From NCBI RefSeq assembly GCF_018977255.1, contig NW_024704743.1:52392001-52456000 (forward strand): 64,000 nt of DNA, in the 5' to 3' direction. Made by a program: the position numbers and the translations under genes. Below, in pieces: positions 14,100 to 25,663 of this stretch; positions within the stretch are counted from its first letter, which is position 1, and each line of letters begins with the position of its first letter. Under the pieces are notes generated by a model that saw only the letters and a list, made by a program, of their open reading frames with translations, was not told where the DNA came from and did not search any database. The DNA comes from Callorhinchus milii. Lineage: Eukaryota.

Positions 14100-14757
14100 A
14101 CCACGACCCCACAACATTGCTAGACTCCACCACTACCCCACCCCTCAGGAAGCCGAAACCCTCACCTATGCTTTCGTCACATCAAGGCTCGATTACAGAA
14201 ACTCCCTCCTCATCGGGCTTCCCAACTCTTCCCTTCACAAGCTGCAGATGATCCAAAACTCTGCAGCTCGTATACTCTTACGCGCCAGGTTCCATGATCC
14301 CATCACGCCCACCCCTCGCCCGACTCCATTGGCTCCCCATTCCTTCGAGGATCGAATTCAAGATCCTCGTCTTCACTTTCAAGGCCATCCATGGCCTTGC
14401 CCTCTCTGACCCGCTGACTCCCTACCAACCTGCCCACTCCCTCCGTTCAGCGGGTTCCAGTCTACTCCATGTCTCCCACCCGACCCGCCCTACCATCAGT
14501 GGCCAGGCTTTCAGCCTCTCAGCCCCCACACTCTGGAACTCCATCCACAGTCCCTTTGCCCCACTTCCTCCTTTGCCTCCTTCAAGGCCAGTCTCAAGAC
14601 CCTTTTTTTCGATCATAACTTCGGTCACCTCTCTGCCTTCCCTCAGCCCTACCCTAGCCCTCCCCCATGCTCGGGTCCCGATAGCTGACTGTGCAGCGCT
14701 TTGGGACGTCCTCCCGACGTGAAAGGCACTCTATAAATGTCATTGTTGTTGTTCTTC
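14100..14757 (+). mobile_element. L2 LINE 3' fragment inserted in CR1 ORF1
   Basis: AFVTSRLDYRNSLLIGLP...[25 protein letters not shown]; (ttg)n tail. Confidence 0.88.
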
Positions 14758-15249
14758 TGGCCCGTTTCCTAACAGAGACCCAATCCCCTCCTCTAGGTAA
14801 CGGGGACTCCTCTCCTACTAGCAAGGTCTACTCCAATACATCATTCATAAACACTTCTCCCTCCCTAATACTTTGGTGCGTGGCCAGTCACTTGCTTAGG
14901 CTGATCACTTCCGCCTTGAATGAATCTACCAGTTTCTAGTTAATGCAGATGAATCCATTCAAAACCTGGGCCTGGAAAGCACACATCTCACAACTTCTTC
15001 AATGCACAAAGTATTTCATTGTTATATACGTTATATGAGAAAAAAAGTGTTCTCATCTGCACCAAATTCCCCCTCTCACCAAATTCCCTCTCTCACCAAA
15101 TTCTTTAATAGAATTCACACTCTGTTCCACCTCACTCAGTTCCCTCCTCACGCTGCTAAGGTCTCTATTCAAGTGAGGCTCTTGCAATTCTCACCTGACA
15201 CAACCAGTTTCAACTGGTCAGCAAATAATTAACTAATTAGCTAATCCCT

Positions 15250-15414
15250 AACAAAAACAGAGATCGCTTGGAAAACTCAGCAGGTCAGACAGCATCTATG
15301 GAGAAAGGAAAGTAAGTCAACGTTTCGGGTCCACGAACAGTTCTGACGAAGGGTCATGGACCCGAAACGTTGACTCACTTTTCTTTCTCCATAGATGCTG
15401 CCTGACCCGCTGAG
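15250..15414. mobile_element. Penelope-derived palindromic terminal repeat
   Basis: ~58-bp inverted arms 15276-15333 / 15357-15414; matches the terminal sequence at 2822-2905. Confidence 0.75.
15339..15375 (+). ncRNA. Minimal type I hammerhead ribozyme motif (Penelope-associated)
   Basis: AGTT-CTGACGA-A-GGGTC ATG GACCC-GAAAC-GTT-GACT: core boxes CUGANGA and GAAA, 5-bp stem II, stem I AGUU/GACU, palindromic AACGTT. Confidence 0.62.
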
Positions 15415-15724
15415 GTCAGGTGGTGACATTCATTTTGATGAATGCAGTTAAGGTCATGGGGAGAAATAGCCAAACAGGAAGTCTTGATTTATTGTACATT
15501 TTGAAAACCTTACCTGGTGAATTGATAAATATGCTTAAATATTCCTACTCCTCATTGTAGAATTTTCACAGCATGAGACAATTTCCATAATCACTCTTTG
15601 GAAGTTAACTTTTATAATTGAAATTTATTGAATAGATATTAAATTGACTTGTCTTTGTCAAATCAACACTACTATTAGGATCTCCAGTGAACTCCTGGTA
15701 ATAAGATCCTGGCTTGTATCATCA

Positions 15725-15872
15725 CATGGCTTTTATGCTGTGCGCAATTGGCTGCCACATTTCATCCACAAATTATACAGTCAATTCACGTTACAGTATA
15801 TTCTGTGAAGCACTTTGAGACATCTAGAAGATGTGATAAGGCACTATATCAAATGCAAGGATTATTATTATC
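15725..15872 (+). mobile_element. Truncated SINE (3' half)
   Basis: gctgtgcgcaattggctgcc...aaatgcaaggattattatt. Confidence 0.8.
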
Positions 15873-17322
15873 ATCGTCATGCTGTCAATATCTCAGCCAC
15901 TTCTTATACAAAATGTCCATAGGTGACTCCTCTATTTCATCACTCGCTTATAACATATAAAGTTGCATTCTATATATCCCAGTAAGTAAAATATTGAATA
16001 CATAATGGAAATAAATTTTCCTGGACAACTCATCCAGCTACACCACATGCCGGGGCCATCCAACTAACTCTTGCAAGAGTTAGTTAAGCGTGGGAACACA
16101 TCACCGGGCCTCTCGGTGAACCATTGCAATGAGCAGCCCTACATCGAGGGCAAAGGTTGGCCCTCAGCTCGCTGGATGGAAGGCTGTTTTGACTGTTGTT
16201 GCAAGATCTCTGAGAATAGAAATTGTAGACCTTGCCTTCTGTGAGTTTCTGCCTGATTGTTTAAGTCTGAGCGATTCAGGTTGTTAAAATGAAGATTTTT
16301 TTTAATATACACACATGCCAATACATATATGTATACGGTGCTTAATTTAAAACAAATTTTAATAAACTGACAGGTGTGGGGGCTGGGGCTATTTTGTCAC
16401 ACTGCCCAGCTGCTCGCTCTGCACAGATGCAGGGCGTGTTCATATAGGTCCTCGTAGCTACACCTCCCCCTAGTGGCCCCAGAGAACTTGTGGCTACATA
16501 GTCACCCAGATATCGTCACTGAGCTATTTTCCATTGGACACAATAGATCAGGAGTTTAATGTAGTTCAATCCTGCATGCATATTTGAGTCAGTCATCCAG
16601 ATCCGGTTTTGCAAAGACTGCTGACATTTCAATAACAAAATAAATGCTGAAATGTAGTTTGATTCTTTTACTTATTAACCTGGCAGTTGATGTTACTTTT
16701 GTCTGAAAAATAGAACTCAAATGAACTAAGGCTTGTTCAACATGACAAAACGATTACTAGGAAATATCTGGAATGTGCATTTAACCAGGAAAACTGGTCA
16801 AATTAATATTTGACTATCATTTGAATGTCTGGGTTAACATTGATTTATGGCTTTGTACTTTGTATTGTGTAGAATCTTTGTAAACACTAGAAGAGCTGTT
16901 TAGATTTCAGATTATTGGAAGTACAGATGTTGAATTATTTTAAGTATTTAAAAAAATTCACTAAAATCTCTAATTTGAAGTGACCCTGTGGCGTAAGGTT
17001 GAAGGTAGCCACATTTTGGAAGTTAACAAAATGAAAGGGTTCATCCTTATCAATTACGCAAGATTGGAAGAGTAGGCTTAGGTGAGCTCGAGGAGCTGGT
17101 AGAAATAAAAATCCTTCCAGGATGAGGATTTGATAGTTCCGCGAGGACTGTAATGATGATTGTGATATTATTAATTGTGGTATACAATAATATTTTTTAA
17201 AAACATGTCCCTTTTTAATATTGTATTTTACTGTTCATAGCTTTTGGGGACTTAAACCAGGTTCTCATTTTTGTTCATTTAATTACCTGACTGATTTCAT
17301 TTTTCGACACCTCTTCCACCAG

Positions 17323-17435
17323 CATTAATCAAGTACATTCGACCTGTTCTCGTGTCTCGTTTGGACCAGGATTCTCGACGAAAAACAGTTGAAGAAATAA
17401 GACAGAGAGCTCTTTCTAATGGCAAATGGCCTCAG
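17323..17435 (+). CDS. LPCAT1: LPCAT1 exon (approx. exon 4)
   Basis: ccaccag|...|gtgatt, 113 nt; LIKYIRPVLVSRLDQDSRRKTVEEIRQRALSNGKWPQ. Confidence 0.96.
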
Positions 17436-17940
17436 GTGATTATCCTCACATTTTATTTTTTTTCAAAACAAGCAAAACTTACTGAATTGGTGTATTTCAT
17501 GTTTTCACTTTTAAAGTGTGTGATTCACTAAAAATAACATTACATTTCTAAGGTGGATAGTTTTCATTTCAATATTTTCATATTTATAGCAGTCTTTGGT
17601 TTTGAATCTAACAACCTTAATTCAGAATCTTTGTCCTTTGAGTAGTCTTCAGAAAGCTAGATGGGAGAAGCTTTCCATGTATTGGTGCTCCTCAATGCTC
17701 TAAATCTTCATTCATAAGTGTCAAAGACCAGTTTTTAAGACGTCAATTTCCTAACTTGAATTGTCTTAAATACGCCTATGTTGCATTGCTACTGGTAGTT
17801 AGACAGGTACTTATTTATATACATGCTTATATTTATTCGAGGTTTAATGCCAAAAAATCTGAACATAATTTCTACTGCTTATATATTTATCAATTGAGAA
17901 CTGCTATGTAACTTTTTTTGTACTATAAATTGTATTTTAG

Positions 17941-18001
17941 GTAATGATATTCCCAGAGGGAACGTGCACAAACAGAACCTGTCTGATCACCTTTAAACCT
18001 G
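17941..18001 (+). CDS. LPCAT1: LPCAT1 exon (approx. exon 5), FPEGT motif
   Basis: ttttag|...|gtaagg, 61 nt; VMIFPEGTCTNRTCLITFKP. Confidence 0.96.
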
Positions 18002-18431
18002 GTAAGGTTACATCTATTTTCTGAAACAGAAATTCTTTGGTATTGAATTCTTTGGAGCCGTGAAATGTTGCATTTTAATTTAGTGATCCTCTTGACTTCA
18101 CTTCCAGTAATTGTGGCGTGTGGGATATTGGGCTCATACTTGGTGCTTTCAATTATGGCTAAAGGGAAAAAATTGATTTCTTTATTAACATTAGAAATAC
18201 TTCTTTCATAATTTCTGAGCTTTTTATTTAAAGAGGAATAGGTGATGAGCGGGGCAATAGAAAATTGCGGAAATATTTGCCAAAATATTGCGGGGAAATT
18301 TGACAAATTTTCCAGAAAATTGCAACCTGCTATTGAGAGGTATATTTTACTACTAACCTACATTTTTTCACTTTATTGATAAAGACTAAACATGAAGAAA
18401 TAACACACATTAGATTGTTGCAAAAAAAATT

Positions 18432-18590
18432 AATAACAATCCTTGCATTTGATATAGCGCCTTATCACGTCTCCGAGACATCTCAAAGTGCTTTGTTGAG
18501 TATACTGTAAAGTAAATTGACTTTTTTTTTTGTGTGGGTGAAATGCGACAGCCAATTGCACATAGCAATGTCCTACAAATAGTCATGATG
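18432..18590 (-). mobile_element. Truncated SINE (3' half)
   Basis: Reverse complement of the SINE tail and Deu 3' region. Confidence 0.8.
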
Positions 18591-18864
18591 GTTTCTTTGA
18601 CAAAAACTGAGTGGCCCACTCGTAGGGTGGGGGAGGGGGGAACACAAGCACAGGGCCGAATGGTCTGATTCCACCCTGCACTACACCTGAAGGGCAGTGT
18701 ACTGACTTGCGGAACTCTAGGGGTCACCACCTCCTGCCTCCCGGGACCCACCACCTCACACAGACACAGAGAGACACACACACTCAGAGATGGAGAGAGA
18801 CATACAAACACACACTCATAGAAGAAACACACTCACAAACATAGAGAGCTACACACGTCCCAAG

Positions 18865-19935
18865 GCCCTGGACAGTGTACAGCATTTCAGACCCAAGCTG
18901 GGGTCAGGGAGGGAGAAGGGAGGGGAGGGGAAGGGGGATGACTGATGGCATGGTCGAAGAGGAGGGTTTTAAGGTGGGACTTGAAGGAGGCTAAGGAGGG
19001 GGCGAGGCGGAGTGATTGGAGGATGAAGTTCCAGAGGTTGGGGGCAGAGTGGCTGGAGGCTCTCCCTCCAATTGCGGGACAGGTGGGTCGGGGACATGGA
19101 GCAGGCCAGAGCTGGCTGAGCGGAGGGAGCGGGCGGGTTGGTAGGGGATTAGGAGGTCGCAGAGGTAGAGTGGGACGAGGCCATGAAGGGCTTTAGGTGA
19201 GGACCAGGATCTTGAACTGGATCCTCTGAAGGGTAGGGAGCCAATGGAGTCAGGCGAGAGTGAGGGAGATGGAGTCATGGAGTTTTGTGCAGGAGACGGG
19301 CTGCAGAGTTCTGGATTTTCTGCAGTCTGTGGAGGGAGGAGTTGGGAAGGCCGACAAGCAGGGCATTTGCATAGTCGAGCCTGGAGGTGATGAAGGCATG
19401 AACAAGAGTTTCAGCGGCCTGAGGGGTGAGGTAGTGGCAGAGTCGAGCGATGTTTCGGGGGTGAAGGAAGGCAGAGCGGGTCATGGCTTGGATGTGGGGA
19501 AGAAAAGACAGTTGAGGGTCGAACAAGACACCGAGGTTGCTGACTGGTTTGGTGAGTTGGAGTGTGCAACCATGGAGGTTGATGCTGCCAGAGCCTGAGG
19601 TGCAGAGGCACTGGCGCGAACCAATCAGGAGGGCCTCAGTCTTGTTCACCTTCAACTGTAGTAAATTTGCCCTCATCCAGGACTTGATGTCCGACAGACA
19701 GTCTGTCAGGACAGCAGTGGTGCTGGAGTTGAGAGTGGAGGCAGAAAGATAGAGTTGGGTGTCATCCACGTACATGTGGAGGTTGACCCCATGTCCGCGG
19801 ATGATGTCACCAAGGGGGAGCATATAGATATTAAAGAGGAGAGGGTCAAGGACAGAGCCCTGGGGGACCCCAGACGTGACAGTGCGGTGGCTGGAGGAGA
19901 AACCGTTAGAGGCAACAAAGTCAAGCCGGTGAGAG
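18865..19935 (-). mobile_element. L2 LINE RT 3' fragment
   Basis: ORF 19275-19823: MYVDDTQLY (YxDD), [29 protein letters not shown]. Confidence 0.9.
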
Positions 19936-21184
19936 AGACAGGAAACTCATTTCCCGCTCACGCCCCACCACGCATGCGCATCTGCAGCTGCTCCGGCCAC
20001 AGTTGCAGCACAGAGGGCATTGGGTAACTAGCCATCAGCAGCGCCCAGTGGCCCGGGCGCCAGGGAAACTTCATTTTTGCAGATTTTCAAGCAGAAGTGG
20101 GTGTTTGTAGCGGATGGGAATTTTTGTGGTGGATTCCACAGAAAAATTGTAGCCTCACTTCTCTATTGGTGATGAGTCAAATGAGATTTGCATCCATAAA
20201 TTTATGCTATGTAGGGTAAATTGCGTTACATGTCATGAACGGTGCTCCACAGCGATTTGCACTGCTAGAGATGCTATTTATACTGCACTTTTGTTGACAA
20301 ATCAATGCCAGAATCTTGACAAGTTGTCATTCAACATGCAGTATAGGTGCAGCATTACAGATATTGCTGCTTAAAGAAATGTACCTGGACACCAGGTAGC
20401 ATGTCAAGATGACACAGTGGACTATGCTTAAAATTAACTTCCAGAAAATGTGTTGGTGATGTTCATAATCATCTGTACCACCCTTATAAGAATGGGCATA
20501 GTCGGCCTGCTTCTGCACTTGTGAATTTTTAATTGATTTAATGTGAATGACTCTGTGACTGTACGTAGGGTCTGTATAGCAGTTAGAGGTTGTGCAAAAT
20601 GTTTTAAATGGATATGTTGGAAATATCTTGGCTAGCTGGAAAGGAGAGTTTTAGAATTCCATTTAATCATAAAGGAAATCTCATTTTGATGTCTAGTTCT
20701 TCTGCCTGACATGCTTCATAAGAACATCTGTTCTGAATATGTTACACAAGCCATTAAATTCTGGAAATAATATTTACATTCAATGAATATTCCACTCAGA
20801 TAAATGTATTCTCTGTGTTTGTATGAACTTCTCCCTCCCTTCCCTCCATTCAATCTATTTACTAGTTTTCTCTTACTTTGACACAAAAGTTTAGTAAGTT
20901 GCATACTTTCACAATATTCTCACTGTCTAATTTAGCATGTAAATAGGATAATGTCTTTGCTCCCAAACATAATTTCTTTAGTCATCGCAGGAAACTTTTA
21001 CTCTGCTGATATAGTGAACGTTTATTCAATAAACTTGAATGATTTTTGGGGAGCTATCTGCAAAAAACAACATAGTCCCGTTCTTGCATAGTTTTTGTAT
21101 GATGTTCTCCTATCGATGCATGGTATTGGATTAATGATAAAATAATAATCATTCCTCATTCTTTAAAACAAGTTCACACATCAG

Positions 21185-21435
21185 TTTGGCTCAGTTGGTA
21201 CAACTCTCATTTCTGGGTCTGAAGGTTGTGGGATTATCCCACTTTTAAGACTTGTGCTTAGTTTTAGCTGAGTGCTGGCATAGCTGCTATCCTTTAAAAG
21301 AGGCATTAATCAGAATGCCAGTCTGCCTATGGACTTTAAGGATCCTGTGACACCATCCAAAAGGAGAATTTTTTCCGCTCAGCTCATGACTGTTTGCGGC
21401 ATTTTACTGGTGCAGTAGCTGCTGTTTGGCCCAAA
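21185..21435 (+). mobile_element. Old tRNA-headed DeuSINE
   Basis: tggctcagttggta...gaaggttgtggg head and degenerate Deu core; related copies at 37196-37520, 56550-56815 and 62670-62895. Confidence 0.65.
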
Positions 21436-21454
21436 AAAGGTCACAACACTTGAC

Positions 21455-21935
21455 AATAACAGTCGGCCCATCTTCCGTGTCTTGGCTCTTTGAAAGGACT
21501 AATAGTCCCACCCCTGCTCTTACCCCATAGCCCTGCATTGTTTTTCTTTTTAAGTACCTATCAAATTCCCTTTTGGAAGCTATTATCAAATCCACTTCCA
21601 CCACCCTTTCAGGCAGTGCGTTCCAGACCTTAACAACTCTCTGGGTAAAAAAATCTCCTCGTCTCCCTTCTGGTTCTTTTGTCAGTTATCTTAAATCTGT
21701 GTCCTCTGATTACTGATTCAACTGCCACAGGAAATAGTTTCTCCCCATCTACTCTTATCAAAACCCCTCATAATTTTGAACATCTGCATTAAATCTCCCC
21801 TCAATCTTCTCTGCTCTAAGGAGAATAACCCCAGCCTCTCTAGTCTCTACATAATTCTAGTCCCTCGTCTCTGGTATCATTCTTGTAAATCTTCTCTGCA
21901 CCCTCTCCAAGGCCCTGACATCTTTCCTAAAATGT
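21455..21935 (-). mobile_element. CR1 LINE 3' fragment
   Basis: Similar to 12233-12760; minus strand SKREFDRYLK. Confidence 0.8.
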
Positions 21936-22711
21936 GAAGTTAGAATCTACAGGAAGTTGGATGATTTATAGAACAAGTTGTATATCACATTCATTATGCA
22001 GTTATTTGTAGTATTTGATCATGCGGTGGGATTATTGTTCCCAACATTAAATGTGGCAGCATGAAGTGGTGTACAGAGCAGCATGTTTCAAGAGCTGAGA
22101 CTACTGAAAAACGTTTTAAGACCAGAACAGCACTTCTTCAAACAAGTTATAGATGATTCATCTTATGCACAGGACTTGTTTCTAACCTTTGAATATTGTA
22201 AATAAATTGTAGTTTATTTTAGATTTCATAATTTGTCATTCTTATGGTTGCATGTGAAAACGTCTCCATTTTCCAAATTTCCATAAATAATTACAACAAT
22301 TTGCATTCATATAACACCCTTCACGCCAGAGGCGTCTAGTCAATGACACGTACTATCAGTATGTTTATTTTGTGATAACCTATGAAAAGAATGGTGCTTA
22401 ATTGTTAGCTATAGTTTTTGAACCTGAACAAACAGCCAAAATCATAAATCATTGATTAAATGCAGTTTGAATGTATGTGCATTTTCTGTTTCAAAAGAAA
22501 ACTAATAAGTAACATCTTCTGTGATTAGTCAGTTGACAATATCCATTAATATTCAGATTTATGCATTAAGACATGGTCAAAGTCTAATGCAGACTTTAAA
22601 AAAAAATGATATATTCACCCAACTTATGCAGCAAGTTAGCATATGCAGCAAAAGTCCACTTCTTTCAGTATTGTCAGGGACATTCAAGATCTAGGTAAAT
22701 TGACTTTTTTT

Positions 22712-23395
22712 TGGTCAGTATGACACATGTGGAAACCCATCACAATGCTTAAGAGTATCCAAACCGAGCTGACATTTTCATGTATTCCACCTACCATGGA
22801 AATTCCACAGATAGATTGTTGTAATGGTATGCACACTCTCTCCCTGGAAGGACGCATCCTGTTTTCCTAATTCCAGAAAGTATGAGGTGCAGGTTGGCAA
22901 GAGCCAAGGCTTTGGGGTCCCCAGAATATGCGTTGGAGGCCTGCTGGAGTCTATCCATCTAAAATCGCATAGCTTGCCTTTGATATTGCTGTCTGGCAAG
23001 CTTTCCCTCTGCTTGTCCAGCTAGGACCAGCCTATCCATTCGGGCTTTGCCTTGCAGGGTTAACAACAACAACAAAATTACATTTGAATTGTTCCTTTCA
23101 TGTCGGGAAGATATCCCAAGGAGCTGGACAATCAGTGTTTCGGACCAGGAGCTAAGTGTGATGACTCTCTGCCCTCAGTGACTGGTCTGCCTTCCAAGTC
23201 CTGCTGATGAGTCCAGCTAGCTGTGCTGTGATCAGCAGTGCCCTGGCATACTGTGGATCCGCCTAGCTCAGGAACTGGACTGCCGAGACCGCCACCGCCA
23301 GGGTTGGCTCGATTCTGACATTCTGTTGCCAGGCATGTCACCTTGCAGCCGTTAACAACTCCAAGGAGACCCCACTTACAACTGCATAAATTGCC
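22712..23395. repeat. Unclassified interspersed repeat (longest copy), interrupted by an L2 tail at ~23063-23146
   Basis: Alignable by eye to 43395-43725, 45255-45290 + 46090-46390, 55225-55630, 47960-48145 (rc) and 3975-4152 (rc). Confidence 0.75.
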
Positions 23396-23866
23396 GAAGT
23401 TCAAATCCCTGGGGATTTAATACTCTTAAAATTCAACTTCGAACCTCAGTTTCGAGGAAATCTGTCATAATAGAAATTTCCATCATCATAATAAGTATAT
23501 AAGGTAGCAAGAATTTCACATTCTCCGTATCCTCCAATGCTCAGACATGGACCAGGACAGGTTAGTTAGTCATCATTTTGTCAACTGCGTATTAAGAGCC
23601 AGGACATGCTGCCTCAAAGCAAACGGTCTCTAAGCAAGTAGTGGGATGCAAAATTTAAGTGTGTACATTCATGAGGTTACATGCTTTAACTTATTTGAGA
23701 TAAAGATCTGCAACTAATGGAATTATTTTTCTGTTTTGGAAACTTTGTGAATAGGAAATTTGATTTTGAGTTTGGAAATGTTGCAAGTAAATCAGAGAAA
23801 TGGTATCAAGGCTGTCTACCAAACAGATTATAATCAGTTATAAATGTTTATTTATTTTCATTTTAG

Positions 23867-23925
23867 GAGCTTTTATTCCAGGAGTTCCTGTGCAACCTGT
23901 AGTTTTGCGTTATCCCAACAAAATG
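23867..23925 (+). CDS. LPCAT1: LPCAT1 exon (approx. exon 6)
   Basis: ttttag|...|gtgagt, 59 nt; GAFIPGVPVQPVVLRYPNKM. Confidence 0.96.
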
Positions 23926-25628
23926 GTGAGTTTTTAATACTTATACATATGAAACGTTTTTTTTATAACCCATAGTTATTATATGATAGGCCTGCATGTA
24001 ATGAAATACAGTGCAGCCTCACTGTAGTGAATCGTTTTTCAAGCGCTTCACTGTGGACCTTGCTCATTGCACATGCATGCAACTGGCCTGCTTGTTTCAC
24101 TAAAATGGCCAACCTCCGATTCATTAGGTCATCGTCACTTCCCACTTTACTTCACATATGAGGTGTGACATTGGCAGCGAGCTAATGACCCGTAAGTCCA
24201 CCATTTTAGTATCCCTAAAAGTATTGCCAATGATCGTCACAGACATCACTTTTCTACTTTGCACATGTGCAGAAAACAGGAAGTGACATTGCAAACCCTT
24301 GACTCTCCAGCTCCTTGGGACATCCTCCTAACATGGAAGGTAATTTGTTATTGTTGAGATGAGCCACTGACCCTGACGTCTGCAATATTTTCTTTTCGTT
24401 AGCAATGCAATAACAATAAATTAAATTTGTATAGCACCTTTCGCACCTGGAGGACATCCTTGGTGGCCAATCCGTTAGTACTATAAATCAGACTACTGCT
24501 GAAAAAAGGATTCAAATGAGCTGAAATATTGCCATTGTGATGAGATCTCCTTTACATCCTGCATGAAGCGCTATATAAATGCAGTTTGTTGTAAAGAAAA
24601 AGTGTGAGGTAGAAATTATGATATAATAATCCTTACATTTGATACAGTGTCATGTCAGAAGGGTGTCTCAAAATGTTTCAAGTGATTTATTGTGAAGTGT
24701 GGTAACTTCTTATGGGTGAAAGCAGCAGCCTATTTGCCAGGACAACCTCCCTTCTCTTTTCAATAATGCCATTGGGATCTTTAATGTCTACCTGAACAGG
24801 CAGACAGGAAGCTCTTAATGCATGTACACTCTTGAGGCATCAACTCTTTATTCTGCAACTAATATGCCAGTGGAATTGTCTGAGTGTTGGTCTGAGGCTT
24901 AGAAACTTCGGTCACATATGGGACAACAGGCTTCACCTGGCTATGAGATTTCCAATGCAGCACCACCACTACTCTGCTTGATACTTGATTGGCAATGCTA
25001 GTTTAATTGCTTTGCTGACTCCAAAATACCTAGAACCTTTTATAGCTGTGTCTATAAACTTACTTGCATTAGCTTATAATAATTTTTTTTCACCCATTAG
25101 ATGGCACAAACCCACGTGACACAGCACAAAAATCTGTCACATTAATCCAAAATTCGCACATTCAACTTTGAAGTTACTACAATGCATGTTTTAGTATTGG
25201 GCACATGTATGTTCTGTCTTGCCACCAGTTTAATTAACTCCAGAGTGTAAAAGCAGAACCTGCAGAGTAGGGTATCACAGTACCATTTTAATATCAATGT
25301 GTCAGCTATTACTCACCTGAGACTTGTGTGACAGCTACAAAGTTTACATTTGATTGTTGGTGCTTCAGGCATTGAGATAATTGATATTTTCATGTCTTCA
25401 TCGTTCCCAGTGTGAAAATCGTACCCTGCTGGAAATGGGCAAAGGATAGATTTAAAAATAGACAAACTTAAAATTGTCATTAAGCAGCATAAATTTGCTG
25501 ATTTTAGAAATTTCCTCGTAATATATAAGATTTTGATGCACCCTTCCAAATATCAGTTATCTGTAATTTTGTTGTAAACATTTTTAAACTTCATTTTTGA
25601 TTCAGTTTTCAATTAAAAATTATTCTAG

Positions 25629-25663
25629 GATACGATCACCTGGACATGGCAAGGGCCTGGAGC
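25629..25663 (+). CDS. LPCAT1: LPCAT1 small exon (approx. exon 7)
   Basis: ttctag|...|gtaagt, 35 nt; DTITWTWQGPGA. Confidence 0.95.

Larger units (their letters stand above)
10030..15230 (-). mobile_element. Near full-length decayed CR1 LINE (ORF1 esterase + ORF2 APE/RT) interrupted by two insertions
   Basis: Minus-strand ORFs: LGDS...CLPGA...HVGIN and DGVHLN (SGNH esterase ORF1); RGGGMALYI, ESLWIEL, CYRPP (APE); KSQGPDKLH, LEKRRLRGDMI (RT and C-terminus); many stops and deletions. Confidence 0.88.

Noticed and set aside
19275..19823. Functional reverse transcriptase gene or retron-like system
   Set aside because: 5'-truncated, frameshifted L2 fragment; the same applies to the RT-like ORFs at 12421, 14059-14722 and 38908-39838
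23200..23245. Hammerhead or C/D snoRNA suggested by CTGATGA in the unclassified repeat
   Set aside because: No GAAA box after a stem II, no properly placed D box, and the motif is not preserved in all copies
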